NCBI GenBank assembly: GCA_013288125.1 | Contig: JABDCN010000002.1 | Span: 2,854-66,853 of the forward strand | DNA from: Gammaproteobacteria bacterium | GTDB taxonomy: Bacteria; Pseudomonadota; Gammaproteobacteria; DSM-16500 | Direction: 5' to 3' | DNA: 64,000 nucleotides | In this document: in pieces, positions 1 through 11,266 of the stretch | Layout: the number at the start of each line of letters is the position of its first letter | How positions within the stretch are numbered: position 1 is the first letter of the stretch | The notes under the pieces: model-generated | Seen by the model: the letters and a program-made list of their open reading frames with translations, nothing else | Told to the model about the DNA's origin: nothing | Database searches by the model: none | Translations under genes and position numbers: made by a program

Positions 1-3000
1 GTGAATTCCAATAATGGCAGCAGCACCAGTTTCGCTGGCGTGATGAGTGGCACAGGTGGTTTGACAATTAACTTATCCGGCGGCAGCTCACCAGTACAAA
101 TCCTAAGTGGTGCTAACACCTATTCAGGCACGACCACAATTAGTGCAGGCGCATTGCAAGCCGGTGCTGCAAACAGCTTCTCTGCAAGCAGCGCAGTCAG
201 TCTCGCGAATGTCGCCTCTGCTGCTTTGAACTTGAATAATTTCAACAATAGCATTGCTTCCTTAGCAGGCGGTGGCGGCACAGGTGGTAATGTCAGCTTA
301 GGTTCAGGTGCTTTAACTATTGCGAATGCTGGTAGCGGCAGTACAAGCTATGCCGGTGCGATTAGCGGCAGCGGTAGTTTAGTGATTAATCTCTCAGGCA
401 GCAGCACACCGACACAAGTCTTATCAGGCGCGAGTTCTTATACGGGTATAACGACATTGACCGCTGGTAATTTGAGTATTGCAGCAGACAATAATATTGG
501 CGCAGCACCCGGTTCTGCTACAGCCGGACAATTAGTCTTAAACGGCGGTACCTTAGAAGCTTCTGGCGGATTTACCTTGAATGCGAATCGCGGCATTGCC
601 TTGAATGCAAACAGCAGCATACAAGTCGACAGCGGCACTTTAGTTTATGCAGGCATTGCAGCAGGCAGTAACGCACTGAGCAAATCAGGTGCTGGCGTCT
701 TGAGTTTAAGCGGTGTAAATACTTACACGGGCGGCACCAATATTAATGCCGGCACTATCTTGCTGGGTAATGCAGCCGGTGTGGGTACAGGCCTTGCCAC
801 GGTTGCTAACAATGCCATTTTAGATGTCACTTCAAGTTTAGGCTCTAACATATTAAATAATTTGAATTTAAATGGTGATGGCAGCGGCAGCGGTGCCCTT
901 GTCAATGATGCAACGAATAGCTTTAGCGGCACGGTTGTGTTGAGCGGCAATACCTCTGTCGGCGGTGCAGGCACGACAACATTAAGCAATGCCATTTCAG
1001 ACGGCGGTAGTAATTTCGCTTTGACCAAAGTAGGAAGCGGTACTTACGTCCTTTCACATGCTAATACTTACGGCGGCGGTACGAATATCAATACGGGTAT
1101 TATCAATGCCACTAACAACACAGCGCTAGGAACAAGTACAGCAACCGTCAGTTCTGGTGGTGAATTACTCTTGAGTAATGCGATTACTGTTGCTAATAAC
1201 TTATCGTTGAACGGTACAGGTATCAGCAATGCAGGCGCATTAGCCACGGCTGGTTCTACTTCCAATACGGTTAATGGCACCATCACCTTAGCAGGTGCAA
1301 CCACCATTGGTATCACTAACAGCGGAGATTCATTGACCTTAGGTACGGTCGGCCAAAGCAATACCACTGGTACTATTAACGGCGCAAATGTCCTGATCTT
1401 CTCTGGTGCTGGCGCATTAACATTGAATGGTATTGTAGGCGGCAGCGTAGCACCGACGAGTTTAACAACAGGCGCAAGCGGTTCCACCACAATAGGCGCA
1501 AATATCACAACGGTTAATGATCAAACCTATGGCAATGCAGTCACATTAACTACCTCACCTACTTTGACAAGTAATAATAGTGGTAATCTCAACTTCAATA
1601 ACACCGTCACAGGCGCTTCATTTAATTTGACAGCTAATGCTGCCGCAACAAAATCAGTCACCTTTAGTAACAATGTCACTTTGGGAGGCTTAGTCACTTC
1701 AAATGTTGGATATAATGTCGCATTGAATGGCACAACGACTGCCATCACCAATGCTGTTAACTTCTTGAATACAGGCACAGTCACCTTGGGCAGTGCACCA
1801 TCTAGCACGCTGACCTTTACTGGCGGACTCACTACTTCTGGCAATGCCTCCAATCCATCTAGCACGGTTGTAGATGGCAGCATCAGTACAACAAATCATG
1901 TCATCACCTTGGGAGCTGCAACCGTCAATGGCAATAGCTCACTGACATCAGGCGGCGGTGCGATTTCACTGGCTGCTATCGATAGCAATAATGCAGGCAG
2001 CAACAGCTTAACTGTCAATTCCGGTGCAGGTAGTTTGAGCTTGGGCGGCACCATTGGCGGTTCAAAAGCTTTGAATGCCTTTAGCGCAACAGATACAGGC
2101 GCTGCTAATGATATTACTGCTTCATCTAATATTAATACGACTTCAGGCGGTATCAGTTTGACAGCGGGACGCAATATTGTATTAAGCACGGGTAATTTAA
2201 GCACGGGTGTCAGCACGGGCGGTAATGTTTCATTAACAGCAACAGCCGGAACCGTTCAAGAAACAGGAGCGAGCACGATAAACGGTGCCTTGCTGACAAC
2301 GAGTTCTGTTGGCGGCACAACATTGAATAATGCCAATACTGTCACCAGCTTTAATGCAACGAATGCAACCAGCGGTAATATTGCATTGACTAATGGAAGC
2401 GCATTAAGTATCACAGGCATCAGTCAATCCGTCGGTAATTTAGTCATTGCTAATACGGGAGCCCTTTCTCAATCGAGCGCGATGACTGTTTCAGGGACTT
2501 CCAACTTTAGTGCAGGCGCAAATGCCATTACCTTGAATAGCGCAAGCAACGCATTAACAGGCGCAGTCACTTTATCGAATAGCAGTACGAATGATGTGAC
2601 ATTAAATAATAATATCGCATTGACATTGGCCGCTTCTACCGTCGGTCGTAACTTAACGATTAGCACATCAGGCGACATCACACAAAGCGGCATACTCACG
2701 GTGCCTGGCACTTCTAGCTTTAGTGCAGGCAGCCATGCCATTACCTTAACACAAAATAACAGCTTTACCGGCGCAGTTTCATTAATAAATAGCGGTAACA
2801 ATAATGTGGCTGTCACTAATAGCGGTATTAATCTTGCCATTGGCAGTTCAGGCGTCGGCAGCGGTACCTTGACCTTGAATGGTGTGGGTATTTCTCAATC
2901 GGGTGGTAATGTGATTACAGAGGCAGGATCAGCCGGTGCAGTCACCTTAAACGCTGGTGCTGGCGTAATTAATTTAGCAAACAATAACAGCCTCACAGGC

Positions 3001-6000
3001 ACTGTGAGCTTCAATAATAGCGGTGCCAATAATGTAACGATAGTCAATAGTGGTGTCTTACTCAGTATTGGTACTTCAAGTGTGGGTACGGGTAACTTAG
3101 CATTAACGGGTGCTGGTATATCAGAATCAGGTGCAAGTACTATCACGCAAGCCGCATCTGCTGGCACTGCGACCTTTAACGCCGGTTCAAACGCCATTAG
3201 CTTAGCTAATAATAATAACTTTAGCGGCGCTGTTTCACTCAACAATAGCGGCGCCAATAATGTCGCATTAACTAACGTCAGTGCTTTGACATTAGGTAAT
3301 TCCAGTGTGGGCACAGGCACATTAAACTTAACAGGCGCAGGTATTTCAGAATCCGGCGCAAGTACGGTGACACAAGCTGCATCCGCTGGTGCTGTTACCT
3401 TAACAGCGGGCGCTCATGTCATCAACTTAGCTAATAACAATAACTTTAGCGGTGCCGTATCACTCAGTAATAGCGGTGCAAATGCTGTTACTTTAACGAA
3501 TGTGAGCGCATTGAGCTTAGGCACTTCGGGTGTTGGCAGCGGCGCTTTAAGCATTAGCGGATTAGGCATTTCACAAACTGGCGCTATTACAGAAGCAGCA
3601 TCGGCTGGTGCTGTGACCTTTAATGGTGGAGCTGGTGTAATCAACTTGAATAGCAATAGCAATAACTTAACAGGTACGGTATCACTCAATAATAGCGGCG
3701 CCAATAATGTCACATTGAATAATACAGGCAGCTTGTTATCCATTGGCGCATCTACTTTAGGCAGCGGTGTCACATCCATTACCAATACGGGTGCATTAAC
3801 GACGAATGGTACGATTTCCGTTAGCGGTAATATTAATATCACCACTTTATCACCTGATACCTCCGAACGTAATTTAACGGTTAACTCTGGTATTATTTCG
3901 AGTAATGGCAGCAATATCAACTTAACCGCAGCCAATAATTCCACTGGCACCGCTACGCCATTAATCATCAATGCTACTTTGGATTCCACACCAGGCACAG
4001 GCGGTACTTTAACATTGGGCGGTGGTGTGAACCTAGCATCTAACCCAACAGTTGGCGGCGGTAATATCAGCTTACAAGGTAATGGTAATGACTTGACCTT
4101 GGGCGGCACCTTAAGCTTTACTTCGCCAGTCATCTTCCAAGTCAATCGATTCATCACAATAAACGGTTCACTCTCAAGCTCTAATAATCTGGCCTTAAAC
4201 GGTGATGCGGCTCAAACAGGCACAGGCGGTGTCTTCATCGGAAGCACTGGATCAGTCAACACAACCGGCAATTTGACAATCACCGGTTCTAACTTGAATG
4301 GTCTGGGTGGTGCAACAGCAGGAGCTGCTATTCAAATACAAAATGGCGCTTCACTCACTGCAACAGGCAGCGTGACCTTGCAAGATAATGTTGGCACAAA
4401 CGGCAATATCTTATTAGGCGGTAATATTTCATCTGGTGGCAGCAATGCAATTACCATTGCACCGGTTGGCACAGGCACCATTAATCTGACTAATAACATC
4501 ACGGTCAATGCTGGTACGAGCGGCGCGGTCAACTTTAATGGCATAGTCAATGGTTCAGGTGAAACATTAACACTGCAAAATAGTAGTAATGCTAGCGGCG
4601 CCGTCACCTTCTCTGCTAACACAACTTTAGGTACATTAACCACTTTTGCGAAACCTTATGCAGTGGTGATGAATGGTTCTTCGAATACCATCACTACCGC
4701 AACCACTTTCAATAATACGAATGGTGTGACCTTAGGTAACGGCGGCAGCTTTAACTTCACCAATGGTCTCACTGAAACTGCCAGCACCTTGACATTAAAT
4801 GGCTCTGTCAATACCACTAACAGTGTCATTTCACTCGGCACTGTTTCACTCACCGGTGGCAGCAGCTTGAGTGCAGGATCAGGTGCAATTTCTGTCGGCG
4901 GCATCACGGGCGCTAACAGTTTGAGTTTAACCAGCAGCACCAGTAACACCTTAGGCGGTAATGTGAATATCGCCAGCTTAAGTTTAAGTGGCGGCGGCAG
5001 TGATGCCATCAATGCCAGCACGATCACGACCTCAGGTAATCAATCTTATAGTGACGCCCTCACTTTAGGCACAAATGCTGCCCTCACCTCTTCTGCCGGT
5101 GATATTAATGCAAGCAGTATTGCTGGCGGCGGCAATAGCTTGTCAGTCAGCAATGTCGGAACAAGCAGTGTGTTTAGCGGTGTATTAAGTAATATTTCTG
5201 CTTTCAGCAAATCAGGCAGTGGTTCACTCGCATTAAACGGAACGAATACTTATAGCGGTAATACCACTTTAAGTGCTGGTACCTTAATCTCTGGCAATAA
5301 TGCTTCCTTTGGCAGCGGCGGCACATTAGCTTTAAACGGCGGTGCATTACAATCTTCAACAACCGTCTCCATCGCCAATGCCTTTACGGTTGGCGGCAAT
5401 GCAGCTATCAATGGTTCTAATAATTTGACCCTAAGCAATACAGGTACATTAAGCAGTAATACTTTAACCATCAGCAATACAGGCACTACTACATTAAGCG
5501 GTAATTTAAGTGGTGCGGGTAATCTCGCTGTGAATAACAGTAGTGGTACCGCCATCATTTCTGGTGCTAACAACAGTAGTTACACTGGTACCACCACACT
5601 CACTGGCGGTACATTACAAGTCGGTGTGGCAAGCAATGCTTTAGGTACAGGTTCATTGAATTTAAACGGCGGTGCATTGCAATCTTCAGTCACCACTTCA
5701 TTAGCTAACAGCTTTAGCGTTGGCGGCAATGCTTCAGTGAACGGCTCTAATAATATGACCTTGAGTGGCACAGGTACATTAGCAAGCGGCAATACCTTAA
5801 CCATTGCTAATAGTGCAACCACCACCTTAAGCAATAATTTAAGCGGTGCGGGTAATATCACTGTCAATAACAGCACAGGCACTGCCATTATTTCTGGTGC
5901 TAACAATAGTAGTTATACTGGTGCAACCACACTCACTAGCGGTACTTTACAAGTGGGTGTTGCAAGCAATGCCTTAGGCACAGGATCACTTGCATTAAAC

Positions 6001-9000
6001 GGCGGCACCTTACAATCTTCAGTCAATACCGCATTAGCAAATAACTTTAGCTTAGGCGGCAATGCAGCAGTGAGCGGTTCTAATAATGTGACATTAAGCG
6101 GTACAGGTACACTGGCAAGCGGCAACACATTGAGCTTAACGAATTCTGCTACAACGACATTAAGCGGTAATTTAAGCGGCGCTGGTAATCTCAGCATGAA
6201 TAATGTCAGCGGTACTTTCATTGTTTCAGGTGCGAATAACAGCAGTTATAGCGGCAGCACAACATTAACAACCGGTACGCTGCAAATCGGTGTCGCAACC
6301 AATGCATTAGGTTCAGGATCACTCGCTTTAAACGGCGGTTCATTACAATCTTCACTCACGACTGCATTAGCAAATAACTTTAGCTTAGGCGGCAATGTAT
6401 CAGTCACCGGTTCAAACAACATAACTTTAAGTGGCACAGGTACCTTAAATAGCAGCAATACATTAAACCTCACTGATTCTGCAACTACCACCTTAAGCGG
6501 TAGTTTAAGCGGTGCGGGCAATCTCACTATGAATAATGGCAGCGGCACGTTTGTTGTCTCAGGTGCAGATAACAGCAATTATAGCGGCACCACGACCTTA
6601 ACAACCGGTACCTTGCAAATTGGTGTTGCAACGAATGCCTTGGGTAGCGGCTCACTCGCTTTAAATGGCGGCGCGATACAAAGCAGTACCGCAGCCGCTA
6701 TCGGTAATAACTTTAGTACTGGCGGCAACATCGCCGTATCTGGCAGCCATAATCTAACATTCAATGGCAATGGCGGTGTGAATAACACAGTCAACATCAG
6801 CAATTCAGCCAGCACCATCTTTAATGGCGCATTAAGCGGCAGCGGTTCACTCAATCAAAGCGCAGGCAGTGTCACCTTAGCAGGTAATAACAGCAGCTTT
6901 ACGGGTTCAACAACAGTCGGATCAAGTGCTAGCATAACAGTCAGCAATGCAACAGATGGCTTAGGTGGAAGTGCTGCCTCTGCTGTCATTAACGGTACCT
7001 TGAATTTAACCGGAACGAACATGCAATTAGATAATGCCTTCACCTTAGGCGGTTCTATTGCTAGCAGCAATGCTTCAACCAATACCTTAAATGGTGCTGT
7101 CACCGTTAATGTCAACGGCACCATCACAGCTAATACAAGCAATGCAGTCGTCTTAAATGGAAATATTAATGACACATCAGCAGGCATTAGTATCTTGAAC
7201 TTAGGCGGCTTAGGCAGCATCACACTCAACAATAACATTGGTCAAACCAATTCATTAGCAAGCTTAAGCTCAACAGTTGGCACTTTGAATTTGAATGGCG
7301 GCAACATTAGCACCAGTTCACAACAAATTAACACAACGGGCGGACAAACTTACGGCGCTGTTTCATTGGGTAATAACGTAGCGATGACGGGTACAGGTAT
7401 TACATTGGGTAATGTCACCGGTAATTCAAACGCATTAGTCTTGGCTGATAGCAGCACATCTAACTTAAACGGCACAGTAAGCAATTTATCTAATTTAACA
7501 ACTAATGCAGTCAATATTGCCGGCAGTAGTATCACCACAACAGGTAATCAAAATTATCAAGGTGCAGTCACTTTAAATAATTCCACCACTTTATCCGGTT
7601 TTGATATTCAAGCAGCGAGTGTCAATGGTGCAAGCAGCGGCAAGAATTTAAGTATCAATATGAATGACAGCAGCAGCTCACTAGGCACCATAGGTAGCAA
7701 TATTAATAATTTCAACATCAATACAACCGGTGGTTATACTGGCACATTAACGCTGACTGCTGCGAATAGTTATGCGGGCAACACCACCATTTCTGCCGGT
7801 ACCTTAAGTATTGCCAATACGGGTGCAGTCAGTAGCGGCAGTGTAACTGCAAATAGCGGTGCAACATTTGATATTTCACCATTGCCTACTTCATCCAGCT
7901 TTAATAACGCCATTAACTTAAACAGTGCAACTTTATCTGATACAAATGGCGCTAGCACAACGACCTTAGCAGGCAATATCGCCATGAGTGGCAGCAATAA
8001 TGTCAACATAGCAGGCAATGATACCTTATCTGGTGTATTAAGCGGTTCCAATATCACCTTGAATTTGAATAGCAATGGCATCGTCACTTTAACCAATGCT
8101 AATACTTACACAGGCAGCACGCTGGTGAATGCAGGTGCCGTGAATGTTCAAAATAGCGCTGCCTTAGGTAATGCTGCTGCAAGCGCCACCTTTGCAAATA
8201 ATGCGGTTGCTGTCTTCTCTGGCAGCTCAGCATTAAATGTAGGCAATGCTTTGAACTTTAATAATGGCAGTGCATTAGTTTCTACTACCACAGGCAATGC
8301 CGCACAATTATCCGGCAATGTCACCTTCAACGCAGATAATGCTGCTAGCGCTTCCCTAGCTTTAGTCGCTTCTAATGATCTCAAGATCTCAGGCAGTATC
8401 ACTTCTGGTGCAAACGGTGTTGCGATTAATAAAGTCGGTTTAGGTCAACTCGAATTATCAGGCAGCAATTCATTTGGTAGTGGTGCTACTCAAGGCAGCA
8501 TTACCGTTAACCTCGGCCGCTTACAAGTCGATAACAGTGCAGCCTTAGGCGGAAGTGCAATCACATTGAATGCAGCTAATAATGCCACTATGATTTTAAA
8601 TGGCTCACTTTCATTACCCAATAACATCATCTTGAATAATGGCAGTACCATAGTCAGTAATAATGGCAGTGCAGCTAGTACCATCAGCGGCAGTGTCGCA
8701 TTAAACGGCACATCCATGATTGATGTAGACAGTAATGATGCATTGACTGTATCCGGTGCTATATCAGGCAGCGGCGTAACCTTAAATAAGATTGGAACCG
8801 GCAACTTGTTGTTATCAACTAACAATAGCGGCTTTAGCGGCACCACCAATGTGAACGGCGGTACCTTAACTATTACCAATATAGGCGGCGCTGGTACCAG
8901 TACAGTGAATGTCAATTCAGGCGCAACATTTAATATTGCCGCAGCATCCGGCAATGTCACTAATAATATCAATTTAAACGGCGCTACATTGCAAAGCAGC

Positions 9001-11244
9001 GGCACGCATAGTTTGACAACAGGTGCCATAGCCGTCACTAACAGTAATACCATTAACAGCAGTGGTAGCTTAACCATTGCTAGCGGCAGTCTGTTAAGCG
9101 GCAGCGGTGCATTGAATATTAATGGCAGCGGCACTGTCGTGATGGGCAGCACAGGTAGCAATAATACTTACAGCGGAAATGTCACTTTAACAAACGGCAC
9201 ATTAACTGCATCCGCCAATGACGGATTAGGCACTGGCATCTTGAACTTAAACGGCGGCACCTTCACTGCTTCCACGACAGTCGCTTTAGCTAACAACGTC
9301 ACAGTAGGCGGCGCAGCAAGCATTGGCGGCAGCAATAACATCACCTTTAATGGTACAGGCGCATTGAATAGCGGCAGCGTTGCCATCAGCAATAGCGGTA
9401 TCACCAACTTTGTCGGTAACTTGAGCGGCACAGGCGCTATCAATATTAACGCGGGCACAACAAAAGTGAGCGGTAGTGAAAGTAGTTACAGCGGCGCAAT
9501 TGCTCTAAACACTGGCGCACTGCAAGTCAATAACAATAATGCTAATCCATTAGGCACAGGAAGCCTCGCATTGAATGGCGGCACATTATCAGCTGCAATA
9601 GCACTCAGCAATCCTGTGACGAATAACTTTAGCGTCAGTGGTAATGCAACGATTGGCGGCAGCAACAATATCACATTGAGCGGAACAGGCAATCTCGCGA
9701 ACGGTAGTGCTTTAAATATTACTGACACAGGTACCACAACCGTAAGCGGCAGTGTCATCGGCAGCGGCAACATCAATGTCAATGCGGGTACCTTCGTCCT
9801 CTCTCACAATAACACAGGGTTATTCCCCGGTAGCAGTTATTCAGGCACAACCACTGTCAATGGCGCAACTTTTAGCGTCACCAACAGTGGCGCGCTAGGA
9901 TATTCTTCAGTTGTTGCACAAAGTAACGGTACCTTTGATATCAACGTTGGCCAAAACACCAATATCGCCAATAATCTTGGCAATAGCATCACTTTAAACA
10001 CTGGTAACCTCACCACAGAAGGAGAAGGCACATCATCGACAGCCTCTATATTGAATATTCCAATTACACTTGCATCAAGTAGCAACGATACGATTACAGT
10101 AAAGGATACAACGCCGGGCGGCAACAGCGGCTCATTTGTCATAAACAACAATATCAATGGCGCTGGAAACTTAACTATCAATGGCGGCGGCACCAATAGC
10201 GCAGGAACCTTATACATGAACGGTGAAATCGGTAACACTACACCACTCACCAGCACAACCATCAATATTGCCAATATTGTTTACGGCGGCACCACAACCA
10301 CCACTGTCGGCAGTCAAACGATAGGCAGCGTCGTCAGTCTGGTCAACGATGCCAACTTCATCAGCCAAAATGGCGATATCACATTCAACAATACAATTAA
10401 TGGCAATCATCCATTCTCCGCTAGTGCCGATAATGGAACAGTCACATTCAATGGCAACATTGGTAACTCAACATCCCTCTCCAGCTTTAATGCAACAGGC
10501 AATGAAATTGTTCTTAATAATGCGACAGTAAATTCTAGCGGCGCGTCTAATGTTACAGGCAGCAACAGTACATCAACATTTACTTACAACGACAGCAACA
10601 ATAATGACGTTAATGTTCAACTCAATGCAGACGTCCATAGCGGTGTTGCAACAAATAATGGCAGCACGGTCGACTTCTCAAACATCAATACCATTAATGG
10701 CAATGCTATCAATAATAACTCCATCTACTTGCCCAATACGCCTAACAAGACCAATACCGTGGATCTAACGGGTGCAAAGACTGGTTCTATTAATGACCCG
10801 CTCTTCTTCAATGGCTTCTTGGTTTATGTCTCTTCAACTGGGTTAGATGTTGCTACTGTTCCTAATTCCGCCGTTATCAACTTCGTTCCAGGCGGTGTCA
10901 GCTCCGTTACTGTCAATGGTACAACCATGCAATTCGTCAACTTCTTAAGTATTAATGGTGTTGTACCACCAACACCTGTACCTATACCTGTACCTGTACC
11001 GACACCTAATGTAACATCATCTGTACCAACGGATATCAGTAATATTATGCAACAACCTAACAACTTAAATGAAACATTACCATTACCCTGCTTAAATGAA
11101 AAAGATGGTAAATGTAATGTGCAAGAAAATGAAATGATTCAAATTGACCCACGATTAGTGAGCGATCAACCGACAATGCATAATGTTAAATTAAGCAGTC
11201 AACCTGCAGTTAATAGTTTCAAAGTGAGTCAATTGGATAGATAA
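1..11244 (+). CDS. Giant beta-helical adhesin / filamentous-hemagglutinin-like exoprotein with passenger-associated transport repeats (5' end lies outside the window)
   Basis: Open frame from base 1, >3700 aa, G/S/T/N/A-rich. Many PATR-like motifs (e.g. LSKSGAGVLSLSGVNTYTGGTNINAGTI, LTKVGSGTYVLSHANTYGGGT). Ends in a PVPTP linker and a short tail; no autotransporter beta-barrel is visible. Confidence 0.85.
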   Translation: MNSNNGSSTSFAGVMSGTGGLTINLSGGSSPVQILSGANTYSGTTTISAGALQAGAANSFSASSAVSLANVASAALNLNNFNNSIASLAGGGGTGGNVSLGSGALTIANAGSGSTSYAGAISGSGSLVINLSGSSTPTQVLSGASSYTGITTLTAGNLSIAADNNIGAAPGSATAGQLVLNGGTLEASGGFTLNANRGIALNANSSIQVDSGTLVYAGIAAGSNALSKSGAGVLSLSGVNTYTGGTNINAGTILLGNAAGVGTGLATVANNAILDVTSSLGSNILNNLNLNGDGSGSGALVNDATNSFSGTVVLSGNTSVGGAGTTTLSNAISDGGSNFALTKVGSGTYVLSHANTYGGGTNINTGIINATNNTALGTSTATVSSGGELLLSNAITVANNLSLNGTGISNAGALATAGSTSNTVNGTITLAGATTIGITNSGDSLTLGTVGQSNTTGTINGANVLIFSGAGALTLNGIVGGSVAPTSLTTGASGSTTIGANITTVNDQTYGNAVTLTTSPTLTSNNSGNLNFNNTVTGASFNLTANAAATKSVTFSNNVTLGGLVTSNVGYNVALNGTTTAITNAVNFLNTGTVTLGSAPSSTLTFTGGLTTSGNASNPSSTVVDGSISTTNHVITLGAATVNGNSSLTSGGGAISLAAIDSNNAGSNSLTVNSGAGSLSLGGTIGGSKALNAFSATDTGAANDITASSNINTTSGGISLTAGRNIVLSTGNLSTGVSTGGNVSLTATAGTVQETGASTINGALLTTSSVGGTTLNNANTVTSFNATNATSGNIALTNGSALSITGISQSVGNLVIANTGALSQSSAMTVSGTSNFSAGANAITLNSASNALTGAVTLSNSSTNDVTLNNNIALTLAASTVGRNLTISTSGDITQSGILTVPGTSSFSAGSHAITLTQNNSFTGAVSLINSGNNNVAVTNSGINLAIGSSGVGSGTLTLNGVGISQSGGNVITEAGSAGAVTLNAGAGVINLANNNSLTGTVSFNNSGANNVTIVNSGVLLSIGTSSVGTGNLALTGAGISESGASTITQAASAGTATFNAGSNAISLANNNNFSGAVSLNNSGANNVALTNVSALTLGNSSVGTGTLNLTGAGISESGASTVTQAASAGAVTLTAGAHVINLANNNNFSGAVSLSNSGANAVTLTNVSALSLGTSGVGSGALSISGLGISQTGAITEAASAGAVTFNGGAGVINLNSNSNNLTGTVSLNNSGANNVTLNNTGSLLSIGASTLGSGVTSITNTGALTTNGTISVSGNINITTLSPDTSERNLTVNSGIISSNGSNINLTAANNSTGTATPLIINATLDSTPGTGGTLTLGGGVNLASNPTVGGGNISLQGNGNDLTLGGTLSFTSPVIFQVNRFITINGSLSSSNNLALNGDAAQTGTGGVFIGSTGSVNTTGNLTITGSNLNGLGGATAGAAIQIQNGASLTATGSVTLQDNVGTNGNILLGGNISSGGSNAITIAPVGTGTINLTNNITVNAGTSGAVNFNGIVNGSGETLTLQNSSNASGAVTFSANTTLGTLTTFAKPYAVVMNGSSNTITTATTFNNTNGVTLGNGGSFNFTNGLTETASTLTLNGSVNTTNSVISLGTVSLTGGSSLSAGSGAISVGGITGANSLSLTSSTSNTLGGNVNIASLSLSGGGSDAINASTITTSGNQSYSDALTLGTNAALTSSAGDINASSIAGGGNSLSVSNVGTSSVFSGVLSNISAFSKSGSGSLALNGTNTYSGNTTLSAGTLISGNNASFGSGGTLALNGGALQSSTTVSIANAFTVGGNAAINGSNNLTLSNTGTLSSNTLTISNTGTTTLSGNLSGAGNLAVNNSSGTAIISGANNSSYTGTTTLTGGTLQVGVASNALGTGSLNLNGGALQSSVTTSLANSFSVGGNASVNGSNNMTLSGTGTLASGNTLTIANSATTTLSNNLSGAGNITVNNSTGTAIISGANNSSYTGATTLTSGTLQVGVASNALGTGSLALNGGTLQSSVNTALANNFSLGGNAAVSGSNNVTLSGTGTLASGNTLSLTNSATTTLSGNLSGAGNLSMNNVSGTFIVSGANNSSYSGSTTLTTGTLQIGVATNALGSGSLALNGGSLQSSLTTALANNFSLGGNVSVTGSNNITLSGTGTLNSSNTLNLTDSATTTLSGSLSGAGNLTMNNGSGTFVVSGADNSNYSGTTTLTTGTLQIGVATNALGSGSLALNGGAIQSSTAAAIGNNFSTGGNIAVSGSHNLTFNGNGGVNNTVNISNSASTIFNGALSGSGSLNQSAGSVTLAGNNSSFTGSTTVGSSASITVSNATDGLGGSAASAVINGTLNLTGTNMQLDNAFTLGGSIASSNASTNTLNGAVTVNVNGTITANTSNAVVLNGNINDTSAGISILNLGGLGSITLNNNIGQTNSLASLSSTVGTLNLNGGNISTSSQQINTTGGQTYGAVSLGNNVAMTGTGITLGNVTGNSNALVLADSSTSNLNGTVSNLSNLTTNAVNIAGSSITTTGNQNYQGAVTLNNSTTLSGFDIQAASVNGASSGKNLSINMNDSSSSLGTIGSNINNFNINTTGGYTGTLTLTAANSYAGNTTISAGTLSIANTGAVSSGSVTANSGATFDISPLPTSSSFNNAINLNSATLSDTNGASTTTLAGNIAMSGSNNVNIAGNDTLSGVLSGSNITLNLNSNGIVTLTNANTYTGSTLVNAGAVNVQNSAALGNAAASATFANNAVAVFSGSSALNVGNALNFNNGSALVSTTTGNAAQLSGNVTFNADNAASASLALVASNDLKISGSITSGANGVAINKVGLGQLELSGSNSFGSGATQGSITVNLGRLQVDNSAALGGSAITLNAANNATMILNGSLSLPNNIILNNGSTIVSNNGSAASTISGSVALNGTSMIDVDSNDALTVSGAISGSGVTLNKIGTGNLLLSTNNSGFSGTTNVNGGTLTITNIGGAGTSTVNVNSGATFNIAAASGNVTNNINLNGATLQSSGTHSLTTGAIAVTNSNTINSSGSLTIASGSLLSGSGALNINGSGTVVMGSTGSNNTYSGNVTLTNGTLTASANDGLGTGILNLNGGTFTASTTVALANNVTVGGAASIGGSNNITFNGTGALNSGSVAISNSGITNFVGNLSGTGAININAGTTKVSGSESSYSGAIALNTGALQVNNNNANPLGTGSLALNGGTLSAAIALSNPVTNNFSVSGNATIGGSNNITLSGTGNLANGSALNITDTGTTTVSGSVIGSGNINVNAGTFVLSHNNTGLFPGSSYSGTTTVNGATFSVTNSGALGYSSVVAQSNGTFDINVGQNTNIANNLGNSITLNTGNLTTEGEGTSSTASILNIPITLASSSNDTITVKDTTPGGNSGSFVINNNINGAGNLTINGGGTNSAGTLYMNGEIGNTTPLTSTTINIANIVYGGTTTTTVGSQTIGSVVSLVNDANFISQNGDITFNNTINGNHPFSASADNGTVTFNGNIGNSTSLSSFNATGNEIVLNNATVNSSGASNVTGSNSTSTFTYNDSNNNDVNVQLNADVHSGVATNNGSTVDFSNINTINGNAINNNSIYLPNTPNKTNTVDLTGAKTGSINDPLFFNGFLVYVSSTGLDVATVPNSAVINFVPGGVSSVTVNGTTMQFVNFLSINGVVPPTPVPIPVPVPTPNVTSSVPTDISNIMQQPNNLNETLPLPCLNEKDGKCNVQENEMIQIDPRLVSDQPTMHNVKLSSQPAVNSFKVSQLDR
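5250..6900 (+). repeat. About five tandem ~330-333 bp (~111 aa) internal repeats in the adhesin
   Basis: Recurrent SGANNSSYxGxTTLTxGTLQxGVAxNALGxGSLALNGG block; TAT codons of the YxG motif at 5581, 5914, 6247 and 6580 (333 bp period). Confidence 0.85.
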
Positions 11245-11266
11245 AATAAAAAAATAAGGAACCCCA

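Noticed and set aside
438-11063. Many minus-strand ORFs within the adhesin
   Set aside because: Antisense shadows of the biased G/S/T/N codon usage; their periodicity simply mirrors the sense repeats.
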